Below are positions 51,717-64,000 of a stretch of DNA of 64,000 bases, piece by piece. How positions within the stretch are numbered: position 1 is the first letter of the stretch; each line of letters begins with the position of its first letter. The DNA comes from Phoronis australis (taxonomy: Eukaryota > Animalia > Phoronida), in contig NMRA01000030.1 in NCBI GenBank assembly GCA_002633005.1, positions 197,174-261,173 of the forward strand. The letters run 5' to 3'. The position numbers and the translations under genes are program-made. The notes beneath the pieces are model-generated. The model was given only the letters and a program-made list of their open reading frames with translations, searched no databases and was not told where the DNA came from.

Positions 51717-54339
51717 ATACATGCATTTTATGATTTGAAAGTACAGATATGTGCTTTATTGACACGCAAATAACACATAAATGACGATTTAGTTCCCAAA
51801 AGGTTCTATCGATTTCGTGTTAGGTTGCTTGGAAAAGGTATTTCCTTCAAAACAATCTTCTCATTAGCCGTCCGTTATTATATGGCAGTGAGGCAAGGTA
51901 CTAATTTTATAGACGGCGTGCTTTGTACATGCTCACTTGTACCAAATTGTGATAAGATGGCAATTAAATATTATTCTTATTAAATGGATAAGACAACAAA
52001 TATTATTGGTTCTGATCTGTTCTCCGACTCATTTTGAAATCTGCGCCTTAGTGACTGAAAACCTTCCGGCACAAGAATGAACTTGTGTTCAAAACACTTA
52101 CCCTCAAGTTCTGTAACAAATCTTAGAGGCTTGGGGAGAATTGAAAGTTGACTGTTATTTGACACCAAGCTCTGCTGTTACAAGTTGACTGTTATTTGAC
52201 ACCAAGTTCTACAGTTACAAGTTGGCTTGCCATGGCAGGTCACGTTATACACAGATGTTGTCCTTAAGCAATAACGGTCAATTTTCTAAGTCAAGAACCA
52301 GCTTCTCATCTGAGTTAGGAAGAAGTTGGGATTCATTTTATAGATGTTCGTGTTCTAAATCAGAGACTAGTTTCTTTGATGGATCGTGGGTTTGGCCGTT
52401 TTAAGGAATAAAGCGCCCGTCCTTATCAATTTCAGCCAGGGTCCCGAACATTTTTGAAAAGCCCAATAACCCACGCAATCAAGGACTCGTTGAAGCTTGC
52501 TAAAGCTATGCGAAACTACCGGATAATGATGGAATGTCTAGCACGCCACGAGTACCACCATCCCCTATATGTGTCGTGGAGATGTGCCCAGTTTTGTCGA
52601 TAGTGTCACTAATTACAGACCGTACAGGAAGCATTCCTATTTCAAACCTCATCATGAATACAAATCTCCCGCATTGTTTCGTATCGTGAGTGCAATGTGC
52701 CGCATAGTTTACTGAATCTAGTCATGTATCGTAACGTGTAATTGACAATTTGCGGTGGCTAATTGTTGTAGTTTCATTTGCCATCCTTGGGAAGACAAGT
52801 TACATCCTGTATGGAAATAATCCGTCTTCTTGTAAGCATTTTTTAAAAATTCTTCAAAACTAATTAATTTAAATTGAATAAAGACCCCACGGATTGTATT
52901 CTTTTTTAACGTACCTTAATCAAATGTGAAATCTTTTCTGTTGATTTCTGTAACAAAAATTGGCCCTTTCGTTTACAACCACCTTGAAAAGTAGTAGGAA
53001 TCGAAAAAACACATCTTTTTGTAGGGAATCTGACCATGAAAGTGTCCCATCTTTGCCCCACGTCCCGTATGCTTTCTGCCTCTTAGGTTTGGATCTGACC
53101 TGAAATAATATCATATCCGAGAAATTCCTAGAATACTAGAGTAAGTTCACTAACGAAAAATATTTTGAAATACGTTCGAAACCCTCCCGCCCCACACTTA
53201 AACTCCTAGGTTCGCCCCAGACAAGGCTGGCATCACTGTTTGTAGTACCCGACAATCCAAATTCAATATCTCATCTTCGTTCTCATCTGTACTGTAATCG
53301 AGTGAAGTCCGAGCTGCACGTGATATTCCAACCCTCTTCATATCTCTTATTTGTACAAACATTCTGGAAAAATTGGACAGCGCCTATATTTCTTTTTCAT
53401 TGTTATACCATTGAAAATTGGTTTAACTGATATAGACTATTATGTTTATGTTGACAAACTGGTCTTTAACTAATTAGTGGTCCCTTTAAACAATGGCAGG
53501 GTCGACTTGTGTAGGGAAACCAATGTGAGAATTGATTGCGACTAGACGATGAAATTGAAGACAGGAACTGATAACAACACTCCGGCGAAATATCCTTATA
53601 GACCGCTCAGGCGACCCTCCAATAAATCAGAACCAAGATCGATCGCTGACTCTACCAGGTATTGACCATGACGCATGTGATATTGTATTTATTATCGATT
53701 TGGGTAACCATCCTGTCACCTACCGAAGTTTGTCACTATAGCATGATCCTAAGAAAACAATGCAACTCATTATTTATGCAGTAGTCCAACGCTCTAATTG
53801 CTTAATGGTTATTGAATTACCATGATTTTCGGTAACTAACTGCAGATCCCTTTCAATTACTGTAGACAAACGAGTCTATTCATCATACAAGGTCACCGGC
53901 CCCGGTATTTTGCTTTCACTTAACAACACATTAAATGAAAGTGACGAATTATTTAATGTCCGGTAATTTCAGAACGACCTGGGGTTCAGTGTTTTAATTC
54001 GAATTGATTTCAAATTCAATTTTACACGACAAACGGGCACTTAGAGAGTTTCAGGGCCTTGATTCGATGATAGCAGAACATATAAAAACATACATTGTTA
54101 TATGACTGGGTGGCCAGCAAACACAACGGCCGCTAAAAGCTGACCACCGAGTAACAATAAATGAACTAGATGAGAATTAAGAAGAAAAATGTAGATTACA
54201 ACAGAAAAAGGACATGCACAATGCAAGGTTATTTAAAAACGTACATGTATTTTACAACGATTTGTACACAGGGGCTATTGATACAAGGGACTTTCCAATA
54301 CATATCAAACAATACATTTTACCAGATGGGTCGTGATCC

Positions 54340-54640
54340 GTCACTTTATTGCTTTAATCCACACCTCCACGATCTCTAGTCGGGTGCTTTTTTAAAATCA
54401 ATGAATTGACAGTAAAAGCAACAACATTTTTTTTACTTTAAATTAATTATTCTTATCAAAATGCCATAAGCACAAATTCNGAAGCTCAAAAATCGATTTT
54501 TTTGCCTATGACACTTTATTAAGACTAAATCATTTAAAATAAGAAAATGTTGGCCTCTGTTAAACGACAAATACTTGGTAATTAGAGCATGTAAGCATGT
54601 TGTTAACCGTAGAATAGACTTTTCGGAACTCTTGTCATTC
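54340..54640 (-). mobile_element. Highly decayed non-LTR reverse transcriptase fragment
   Basis: Minus strand reads FYCQFIDFKKAPD*RSWRCGL, resembling the LINE RT motif YCCFIDFKKAFDSVWRxGL; upstream sequence only weakly similar. Confidence 0.5.
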
Positions 54641-55679
54641 TGATTCAATATCATTTTATTCGGTCCATTCATTCAAGTCATTGCAGTACATATTTTTTGC
54701 CTACAACTTCAAGTAGTCTGTTATCACGATAAGTGTTTGAGTCATTCTTTGACCCACCCTTAACCAGCAATGGTGCTATCACACCCGTACACCACTGGCT
54801 GGAATAGACACGGGAGATAAATCCATGAGTAAATCTTTCATGGGAGCACCATATCTAGAAAACTCCCGTAGGGACCAGAAGCTTTGTTGTATTTCAACTG
54901 ATTTAAAGACAATGGTCAATTTCTTCCTCATTTATTTCAACGTTCAAATTAGAATTATTTCCATCTAGAGCTGGTTCGCCTGCTAGAAAGCTGTGCCTCT
55001 GCACACAGTCAGAAACTGATTTCAATAATCATCGTTTTCGTCAACATTCGGACCAGTCACTAAACCATAAGTGCTTCCGAAGGTCTGTTACGAACTGGTT
55101 TCAGACAAAAACTTTTTTTTGAAATTTAAGGGTTATAATAACTATCATGTTCATAGCCAATATGTGGAAAATCTTCTAAAAATATATCTGGAGTGCCGTC
55201 TTCAATTACATAAACCGGTAGTTTATCGGTACGGTCATTTATATAGGTAAACCGAGCAATGTCAAAAACACTCATCAGCAAATTTTGTAACTTCGGTAAA
55301 TGACAACCTTCGTGGGTTTCTCTAAAAATGTGGTTATGATATGAAGTGCTATCTGTGTTTTTCATTACTACCCTGGCAAATTCTTAAAAAACATTTTTGA
55401 CAAAAAATGTTGACAGATTAAATGTGGTTATCGTGATACACGTTTTGACTATGAACTGACATAAACAAGTTACTTTGTTGAGTACTTAACTGTAAAGGCG
55501 TCACTGTCCCCTTAACAAACATTGTCAATATTTGAACATTTAATTTGAGTTTGTTTTCATGTTTATAGCTTCAACGCGGTAACTGTGAAGTGATTTGGTT
55601 CAAAACGAATAATCGAAAATTAACAAGTGTGCGTTTACAATAAAGACTTTTCGCAGTTGACTTGAGCGTAGAAAAGGTA

Positions 55680-58600
55680 TTTACTTATTACAGTGGCTAG
55701 TACAATTAATTCAAACAGTTATAGGTATAACACTCGTTAGAAAAATAAGTTTCCAGCCCAGTGGGGCTTATTGGTCAATTTAACCACACAACTCAGATGT
55801 ACCATAAATGCGACAGTTTCTAAGTTCAAAAGCTGACTTGATACATTTGGCGAATTGTCTAGGGACATACTGAAACAGCTGTTTTAACGTATCTAATCTT
55901 CTGAAATCAGCAAAGTTTGGGACTTGAAGCGAAACATCATTAAATAGAATAGACCTCCGTGAGTTATGAAGAGAAAAATCAAACACAAAATGTATCTCAT
56001 CCTCCACAGAATCAGAATCACAACACAAGCAAAGTCTTTCACTTACAGGAGTGTTTGCATAACGACCAGTTTCCAAGTGCAATGGGAGATTTCCTGCTCT
56101 AAACTGAGCCAAAAGAGCTCGCTCGAAATGAGATGAATTAAGCTTCACATACGGTTCAGTTAAAAACTCGTGCTTAGATAAAATGTAGGTTCTTAATTTG
56201 GGTTTCGTTACAACAGACTCAGCTGTTTTGAGTATTCAAATAGTTTGTTTCTAACATCTGCTATGTTATAAGTAGTCAAATTTTGAAGACAGGATTGCAT
56301 GCCAATTACCTTAAACAAATTTTGATACCGTCTATCCAACCATTTCTACCAACAGAGTACTCCCATAGAAATACCTTTTCAGTAGCCTATTACCACCTGT
56401 AGTCATTAATTTGTAACAAAGACGCAACATATTCCATTTAAATCCGTTTCCGGTAGAGTCCCACCCCATATCGCCACTAACAGCATGAGTGGCTGTAAAT
56501 CGGTTGACCCTTAGATAAAAACGCATAGCTCTGTTTCGAATATTTTCATCATTACCAACATTTTTGTAACCCCAATCAGATGACCCGTAATCCAAAACTG
56601 GTGCCACACACGAATTAAAGAATGTTTTAAATGTTTCGAATCCTAGATTCTTGTTAACACGGATTGTTGAGCATATCTTCGCTAACGCTCTACCAGAAGC
56701 TTCAGATAACGTATTCCAATTTTCTTTGAAGTCAAAATGTTGATCCAGAATACAACCTCAATATTTGTATGAGGATTTATAACTAATGACACTGTTTAAA
56801 ATAAATTCAAAACTGCTTGTAGGCATGGACTTTGCTCGAAAATGGACAAAGTTAATTTTTCCATGTTTACAACCATTCTCCACTTTTTACACCAGTTGTT
56901 TAAAACCTTCAAATTATCTTCATGTCACTATCATTCTCAGACAAAAGTACAATATCTTCGGCATAAAGAAGCACTGAAATATTGTTCGGGCCACATTTTA
57001 CACCTTTATCCAATTTTTTTTTTAATTTCCAGAGCTAAGTCGTTTATATATATACATGTAAGGCAAAGAGTGTCGGTGATAAAACGTCCCCCTGACGGAC
57101 ATCATTTTCAGGAGTGAACCAACCACTATACAGAGTGCCATTTAATTGTATACAGTTCAACGGACTTCTGTAAATCATTCGAATTGCATCATACACTCTA
57201 CCATTAATATTATTTTGCAGTAATTTATAAAACAGAAGTTCATGGTTTGTCCAGTCAAAAGCTTTTTTTCATGTCCACAATTGTCACAAATGTAGAAAGG
57301 TTAGACGACTTTGTTGTTTGAATAATTGATGACAGGATATACAAGTGATCAATACAGGACTGTGGACTTCGAAAATCATTTGACTGAACTAAAATATTGT
57401 TCGGTTCACAGAAACCCACAATTCTATTATTCAACACAGTACTGAAGAATTTATAAATATTTGAAAGAAGACTAATCCAACGGTAGTTCAAAGGTATTCT
57501 AGGTTCGTCTGGAGAATTCTTAGGCATCGGGATTATAATTGCCTTACACCAATCAGAAGGCATTAGTCCACGTTTAAAAGATTCATTAAAAAACGGTTAG
57601 AAAAACAACAATAGTTTCGAATCTTAACACCTCATTATGTACACAGTTATAGCCGACGTCTTTGTTATTCTTCGTTGTCATAACAACATTTCTAACCTCA
57701 TCAATAGAGATTTCACAATGCCATGATCAGTTGTATTAGAACAATCATTTTCTAGCTGCTTGCGCAAATTCAAGGTTTTCAAATAAAATTCGTCATGAAA
57801 TGGTGTATTTTCAGAAGTGCATTTAAATAATTGTTCGTAATCATTTTTCTATTTATTTAGAAAAAAAATCTATCAGAGTTTATTTTATCATTTGAATCCA
57901 AGACTTCCAGGGGAACTTCTCTAAACTTTTTTGGTCCTAGTTTTTTAACATATGCCCAGAAATCCTTAGAGTTTTCAGTATTCAGATTCTCAACTTCAAT
58001 CTGAACCTTCAACTGGTATGAACATTTCGCGCATTTAAGTTTTGTCAAACAAAAATAATTGTTTGTAATGTGACCAATTCCCGTGTAATCTTTGACTTCT
58101 TAAAAATTGTTTTTCAATGTACTTTAATTTTTTCCGAATTCCAATATAAAGGCTGATTCCTGTTAAAATACTTTCTTAGTTTACGACTCGAATAATAATC
58201 CTTATAATCCAGCAAGGAATCCATTTCCTTAATTAATAGGTCCACAAATGACTGATACACTATATCAAGTTGGTTCTGATGTTCATAGGATAACAATAAT
58301 GAAGCAGTTAAACATAAAATTCCTTTTTAAATGTCACGTTATTACTAAATTCTACCGGTATATTGGAGGTGTCATATTTACGTTTCTTCGAAAGAGTATT
58401 TGAATCTAAAGGTCTGTCGGTACCAGATAAACAGGCGAGGAGATTTTAAACCTTAAAACAAGAACAGAATGATTTGGTGCTTTACATATTTATCCAATTA
58501 ATGCGTGGATATCTAACACATCAATAATATCAGAAGTCTTAGTAACAGAAAACGGTGGTCAGCTAAAATACAATCTAAAACAGCATTTTCTCTACCCGAG

Positions 58601-60285
58601 ACAGAGGTAAAGTTGTCAAATTCCATTACAGCGTTCTGTCGGTCAGTAACTTTTCCAGACGTGAGGGGGGCTGAACGTGCGATAACATCTGGCTCTTTTG
58701 CTAACTGCCCAGCTCAGTCTTTTGTCCCGCACGATAATAAGCAGGCCAATTATCTCCCAGGCTTCAAAGGAAACGTATGGTGGTTGCACGCTATTACCGA
58801 AAGCGTATGAACGCAGTCAAATCCAGTGCGTCCGTTTGGACAGAATAGATTGTCTTAACTTCTGTTGTAGTTAGGCGATTTTGGTGATTCAAAAACGGAA
58901 CATGATCATTTGACGTGGAATTCAGAAATGCTATTGGTTTAAGCTCAAATATGTTATAACTTAACTTTCATTTTTATCAGCCCAGCCCAGTCAGTCTAGA
59001 TACGATCTGATCGGAGATTAGAGCAATTATCGAACAAAAGAGCGCAGGCTATCCAACCATAAATGCCAAAGTGGAGTTAATCAGTCGTGTAAGATATTGG
59101 CTACGGGGGTAAACTTCCCAACTTGTTGGGCCATAGAATCGAACAAGTTGGGAGCAACGGGATGTCGCCGTCATGCCGGAGTAATTCTGCCATTAACAAT
59201 AGCCAATTTCGAATCTTTCACAAAGTCAATTTTCGAATCTTTCACAAAGTCAATTAAAGCATCACCAAATCGATTGGTCTGAAGATCTATGATCTGTCTT
59301 GGGCGTACTTTGTCAATATCTTGTTTGTTACCTGTTCTAAAGGGGAGGCAGTGTGGCCTGGTTGATAAGTGCCTGCTTTCTTTAGTCGAGGTGGTTCGAG
59401 TCCCACCAGGACACACTGCTAAGCCCTTGAGCCAGGTTTCTAGCTCCTCAGCTCGGTTTTAACCATATAAAATAAAGCATAAAAATAGTTCCAGGTGATC
59501 AGTGCAAATGGGCCCACATGCGAGGCCTGCGCACGTCTGGTACAACGTGTATCAGACCGCCTGCAATTTTTGTTTTTTTAACCTGTTCCTGCGTTAAAGT
59601 CCCCACAGATAGAGAAATTGTTAACATCACTGAAGTTATACAATTGGTTGATTAGATGAGAATAAATTTCATCAATGTTCTTACTTTTGTTTGTACCCTC
59701 GGGAGGAATGTAGCATGTATAAATTACAAAACCATTTTCAGACATGATACTTGTAAACTTTACGCCTAGAATCCCACCATCAAAGGACTTATCAATAACG
59801 CTTATATCAAATTTATCAAACATTCTGTGTTTTATAAGCATACCAACAAACCCAGAACCTCTGGGAGCATTAATATGCAAATTTTCACGGTTGCAACCAA
59901 TAAATCGGTATTCTTAGACTTGAATGGTATCGTTAAAACATAAATGTGTCTCATTTAGAGAAACAACATCACAGCCAAATTGGTAAATTGTCAGTTTTCG
60001 AAAAACATTATTGTGAGCCGACCACCCATTGATATTCTAATGAGCTATGGAATATTCGAACGGACTGGGCTGGGATCCTATTCAACGTCGCTAGGAGTAG
60101 ACGATATGCTATAAAACTGTTTTGCTCTGGTTTGATTTGAACTCGTTTGGCTGTCGTGTACCTGATCACCATCGTTATTGGCTTCCCCACTTGTCTTCTG
60201 CTGTTGTTGCTGCCGATCTTTTTTTTAAATTCTTAACCGCTCCCGGTTACATGAAACTCATTACCGTTGGATATGGACCTCAAAA
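55680..60285 (-). mobile_element. Decayed LINE (APE endonuclease + RT + C-terminal Cys/His motif); clade uncertain, Proto2/RTEX-like
   Basis: Endonuclease SLNETHL...RGSGFVGML...ICGDFNA...NGRITP...PNHSVL; RT PSDWCKAIIIP...PLNYRWISLLS...SCIDH...VDMKKSF; C-terminus LPLHLETGRY...ERLCLCC...VEDEIHF. Many stops, frameshifts and insertions. Confidence 0.9.
59342..59580 (+). mobile_element. tRNA-derived SINE inserted in the LINE endonuclease region
   Basis: A-box-like TGGCCTGGTTG (59354), exact B-box GGTTCGAGTCC (59393-59403), T-rich tail, ACCTGTTC duplicated at 59330-59337 and 59581-59588; the LINE frame rejoins across it (GDFNAGTG|NKQD). Confidence 0.85.
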
Positions 60286-60290
60286 NCGTA

Positions 60291-60996
60291 ATCATTTTTC
60301 TATTTATTTAGAAAAAAAATCTATCAGAGTTTATTTTATCATTTGAATCCAAGACTTCCAGGGAACTTCTCTAACCTGTTTTGGTCCTAGTTTTTTAACA
60401 TATGCCCAGAAATCCTTAGGGTTTTCAGTATTCAGATTCTCAACTTCAATCTGAACCTTCAACTGGTATGAACATTTCGCGCATTTAAGTTTTGTCAAAC
60501 AAAAGTAATTGTTTGTAATGTGACCAATTCCCGTGTAATCTTTGACTTCTTGAAAATTGTTTTTCAATGTACTTTAATTTTTTCTCGTACAAATCGTTAA
60601 GTTCCGAATTCCAATATAAAGGCTGATTCCTGTTAAAATACTGTCTTAGTTTACGACTCGGATAAGGATCTTTATAATCCAGCAAGGAATCCATTTCCTT
60701 AACTAATAGGTCCACAAATGACTGATACACTACATCAAGTTGGTTCTGATGTTCATAGGATAACAATAATGAATCAATTAAACATAAAATTTCTTTTTTA
60801 AATGTCACTTTATTACTAAATTCTATCGGTATATTGGAGGTGTCATATTTACGTTTCTTCGAAAGAGTATTTGAAGCTAAAGGTCTCTCGGTACCAGATG
60901 AACAGGCGAGGAGATTTTAAACCTTAAAACAAGAACAGAATGATTTGGTGCTTTACATCTTTATCCAATCAATGCGTGGAAATCTAACATATCAAT
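60291..60996 (-). repeat. Second copy of LINE segment 57841-58535
   Basis: Near-identical sequence beginning just after a single N at 60286; duplicated ORFs in the track. Confidence 0.9.
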
Positions 60997-61694
60997 GAAA
61001 GCGCTCCGAGTAGCGAAACTTGGCAAAATTAACCTTCTTGAAAGCGACTTCCAGTTTTTTGGCTTTTTATAATAGCATGTCAAAAGAAACTAATACTTCT
61101 AAAATTTCGAAGGAATTGGTTTCATAATGCGCCCTCTACAGGAGAAAACGTTTTTAGGCCAAAATCGAGGTGCGCATGCGCGATCGCCGATATTTCCGCC
61201 ATCTTTAACCGGAAGTAAACAATTTCCGGTATACTCGTAGCAAATTTCCGGTCCATTCACTGTGCCGATTCTTAGCCTTTTACGTAAAAAATTGTAGCCT
61301 CCAGAATCATTTGAACCTTTAAATGAAAACAAAATGGCCGCCACAGCCGCCATCTTGGATCCGGTTTCGACGAAAAACAATAGGCTTCCAGTACTTCCGG
61401 AAGTACGTGTTATGTTTAAATTTCGTGATGATTGGACGAAAATTGCGACCCTTATCGTGCGAACAAACAAAAAAATGAAAGCGCTCCGAGAGCGAACCTT
61501 GGCGAAATTAACCAAAAAGGTGACGATAAAGATGATGACGAAGATGACGAATATGACGACGATGGTGGCGAGGATGAACAAAAGAAGTAATAATAACATA
61601 CACATGACGAACGTAGAAGTCCGAAATCAGTAAGAAAAAGGCTACAGTCTTGTGCGACACTTGGCGAAATTAACGGAAAAGACAACGACGGAGA
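60994..61694. repeat. Unclassified repeat with internal direct repeats
   Basis: ATGAAAGCGCTCCGAG..AGCGAA.CTTGGC.AAATTAACC at ~60994 and ~61475 (partial at ~61660), AAAATGGCCGCC/GCCGCCATCTT motifs and a (GAT/GAC)n tract; runs into the gap. Confidence 0.55.
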
Positions 61695-62552
61695 NNNNNN
61701 NNNNNNNNNNNNNNNNNNNNNNNNNNNNNNNNNNNNNNNNNNNNNNNNNNNNNNNNNNNNNNNNNNNNNNNNNNNNNNNNNNNNNNNNNNNNNNNNNNNN
61801 NNNNNNNNNNNNNNNNNNNNNNNNNNNNNNNNNNNNNNNNNNNNNNNNNNNNNNNNNNNNNNNNNNNNNNNNNNNNNNNNNNNNNNNNNNNNNNNNNNNN
61901 NNNNNNNNNNNNNNNNNNNNNNNNNNNNNNNNNNNNNNNNNNNNNNNNNNNNNNNNNNNNNNNNNNNNNNNNNNNNNNNNNNNNNNNNNNNNNNNNNNNN
62001 NNNNNNNNNNNNNNNNNNNNNNNNNNNNNNNNNNNNNNNNNNNNNNNNNNNNNNNNNNNNNNNNNNNNNNNNNNNNNNNNNNNNNNNNNNNNNNNNNNNN
62101 NNNNNNNNNNNNNNNNNNNNNNNNNNNNNNNNNNNNNNNNNNNNNNNNNNNNNNNNNNNNNNNNNNNNNNNNNNNNNNNNNNNNNNNNNNNNNNNNNNNN
62201 NNNNNNNNNNNNNNNNNNNNNNNNNNNNNNNNNNNNNNNNNNNNNNNNNNNNNNNNNNNNNNNNNNNNNNNNNNNNNNNNNNNNNNNNNNNNNNNNNNNN
62301 NNNNNNNNNNNNNNNNNNNNNNNNNNNNNNNNNNNNNNNNNNNNNNNNNNNNNNNNNNNNNNNNNNNNNNNNNNNNNNNNNNNNNNNNNNNNNNNNNNNN
62401 NNNNNNNNNNNNNNNNNNNNNNNNNNNNNNNNNNNNNNNNNNNNNNNNNNNNNNNNNNNNNNNNNNNNNNNNNNNNNNNNNNNNNNNNNNNNNNNNNNNN
62501 NNNNNNNNNNNNNNNNNNNNNNNNNNNNNNNNNNNNNNNNNNNNNNNNNNNN
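61695..62552. other. Assembly gap (858 N)
   Basis: Run of N. Confidence 1.
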
Positions 62553-62790
62553 TTTTTTTAAATTCTTAACCGCTCCCGGTTACATGAAACTCATTACCGT
62601 TGGATATGGACCTCAAAAGTGTACTAACGTTCAACCCAATAAGTCTATATCTACGCGATTTGCTACCCCGTAGATGCACCTTGCGACATCGGTTAGTTTC
62701 TTTTAGCTTGTTTTTAGCACGCAGCTCACGTATCTTTTGATCAAGTGATTTAAGCGCCAACTTAGTCCTAGAAGCACACGTTTTTAACAC
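62553..62790 (-). mobile_element. Probable ORF1 remnant / 5' part of the LINE
   Basis: 62553-62618 repeats 60219-60285; encodes basic ...ELRAKNKLKE...KVHLRGSKSRRYRLIGLNVSTLLRSI..., upstream of and in the same orientation as the endonuclease. Confidence 0.55.
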
Positions 62791-63044
62791 TTATTAAATG
62801 GTTAGAAGACATTATAAGGAAACCACGCAGTACTTATCCCATAACCAATACACAATCTGTAGTCGAAGAAAGTTTGAATAAACGCGTCACTCACGATTCC
62901 GACCCTACAATCATAGTCCGGGAGCCAGGGGGTTGAACCTGGTTTTGTCGGATAAAGTTTTTTTCTTTGCAGTTTCATGTAGCCTAGGGCTTAGTGACCA
63001 TGATTTAAGGGGGTGACCGTTCGCAACCCTTGAGCATTTTTTAA

Positions 63045-63880
63045 ATATGCAAATTAAGGTCGCCATTATGCAAAATTCTATTTTTGCTTATAATTTCCTT
63101 ACCAAGCACTGCAGCCCGATAATTTTGACGTTTTACCTATGTTTTCAGGGTCAACAAATTTAATAATGCAAGTTATAGGTGAATACATTGTCAATTTGCA
63201 TAATTTATGAAAATTAAGGCCGCCATAATGCAAAATTCTATTTTTGGTTAGAATTTCCTTACCAAGCCCTGCAGCCAGATAATTTTGACGTTTCACCCAT
63301 GTTTCCATGGTCAATGAATTTATTAGTGCAAGTTTTTTGGTGAATACATTGTCAATTTGCATAATTTATGCAAATTAAGACAGCCATTATTCAAAATTCG
63401 TCTTGCGTTTATAGCTACTGTACCAGGCACCACAGATGAACTATCATAATATTTGCTCCTATATTCTTTTGGTCAACTAGTTTAATGAAATCGCTTTGCA
63501 TGTTGTTGCATGATTAATTTGCATAATTAATGCAAATTTGCAGAACTAATGCAAATTAAGGGCGCCATTATTAAAAATTTTACTTTTGCATATAGCTACT
63601 TGTGCTTATAGCTGCGGTACCAAGCATCACAGGTAAACTCTCATGATATTTGAACCTATGTTTCTATGGTCAATTAGGTTAATGAAATCAGTTTGCAAGT
63701 TGCAACTAGCATAATTTATGCAAATAAAGGCAGCCATTATCAAAACTTCTGTTTCTGCTCGTAACTTTCTTATGGGGGGCACCACATGCAAATTATTTTG
63801 GTATTTTTACTGATGAATTTAATGTAATCTGTTATTACATCATAAATATAAATAATTTGTAATTTATTACACAACATTGC
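63045..63880. repeat. Degenerate ~160-180 bp tandem array (~5 units)
   Basis: Recurring CAAATTAAGG(T/C)CGCCATTAT at ~63050, 63210, 63370, 63552 and 63721. Confidence 0.85.
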
Positions 63881-64000
63881 AAATTCTAGTTAACTTTTTT
63901 CTGAAACCTAGTTTATATGCAGTAGTAGGTGACCAAGTTGTTAATTGAATAAACCCAGGACAATAACCTAACGAATGGAGACCCGTCCCAAGACGTTTCA

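Noticed and set aside
59342-59415. tRNA gene
   Set aside because: Has A/B boxes but no convincing cloverleaf, and continues into a body, tail and TSD, so it is a SINE head.
61099-61685. Hydrophobic 168-aa ORF and overlapping ORFs
   Set aside because: Derived from a (GAT/GAC)n low-complexity tract within a repeat.

Overview
AT-rich eukaryotic (invertebrate animal) genomic DNA from a draft assembly with two N gaps; nothing prokaryotic is present. The main content is one complete minus-strand ether-a-go-go potassium channel gene (EAG / KCNH1-KCNH5-like, Kv10). I traced ten coding exons by hand from the ATG at 46461 to the TAA at 7657. All junctions are GT-AG with consistent phases, giving 2949 nt / 982 aa (PAS-cap, PAS, S1-S6 with a GFG filter, C-linker, CNBHD, calmodulin-binding segments, C-terminal coiled coil). 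The S4-S5-pore-S6 exon occurs twice, inside a ~5.8 kb direct duplication flanking an N gap; this is most likely an uncollapsed haplotype, but true mutually exclusive exons are not excluded. The rest is transposon-rich: a deleted Kolobok element with THAP and KolX (P2X7-ballast-like) remnants, a palindromic Kolobok-derived element, MITEs with 3-bp (CWG) and 5-bp target duplications, a decayed LINE carrying a tRNA-derived SINE, and several minisatellites. I cannot support a genuinely new biological system. The best leads are the duplicated pore exon, unusual residues at gating positions of the channel, and a candidate alternative terminal exon.
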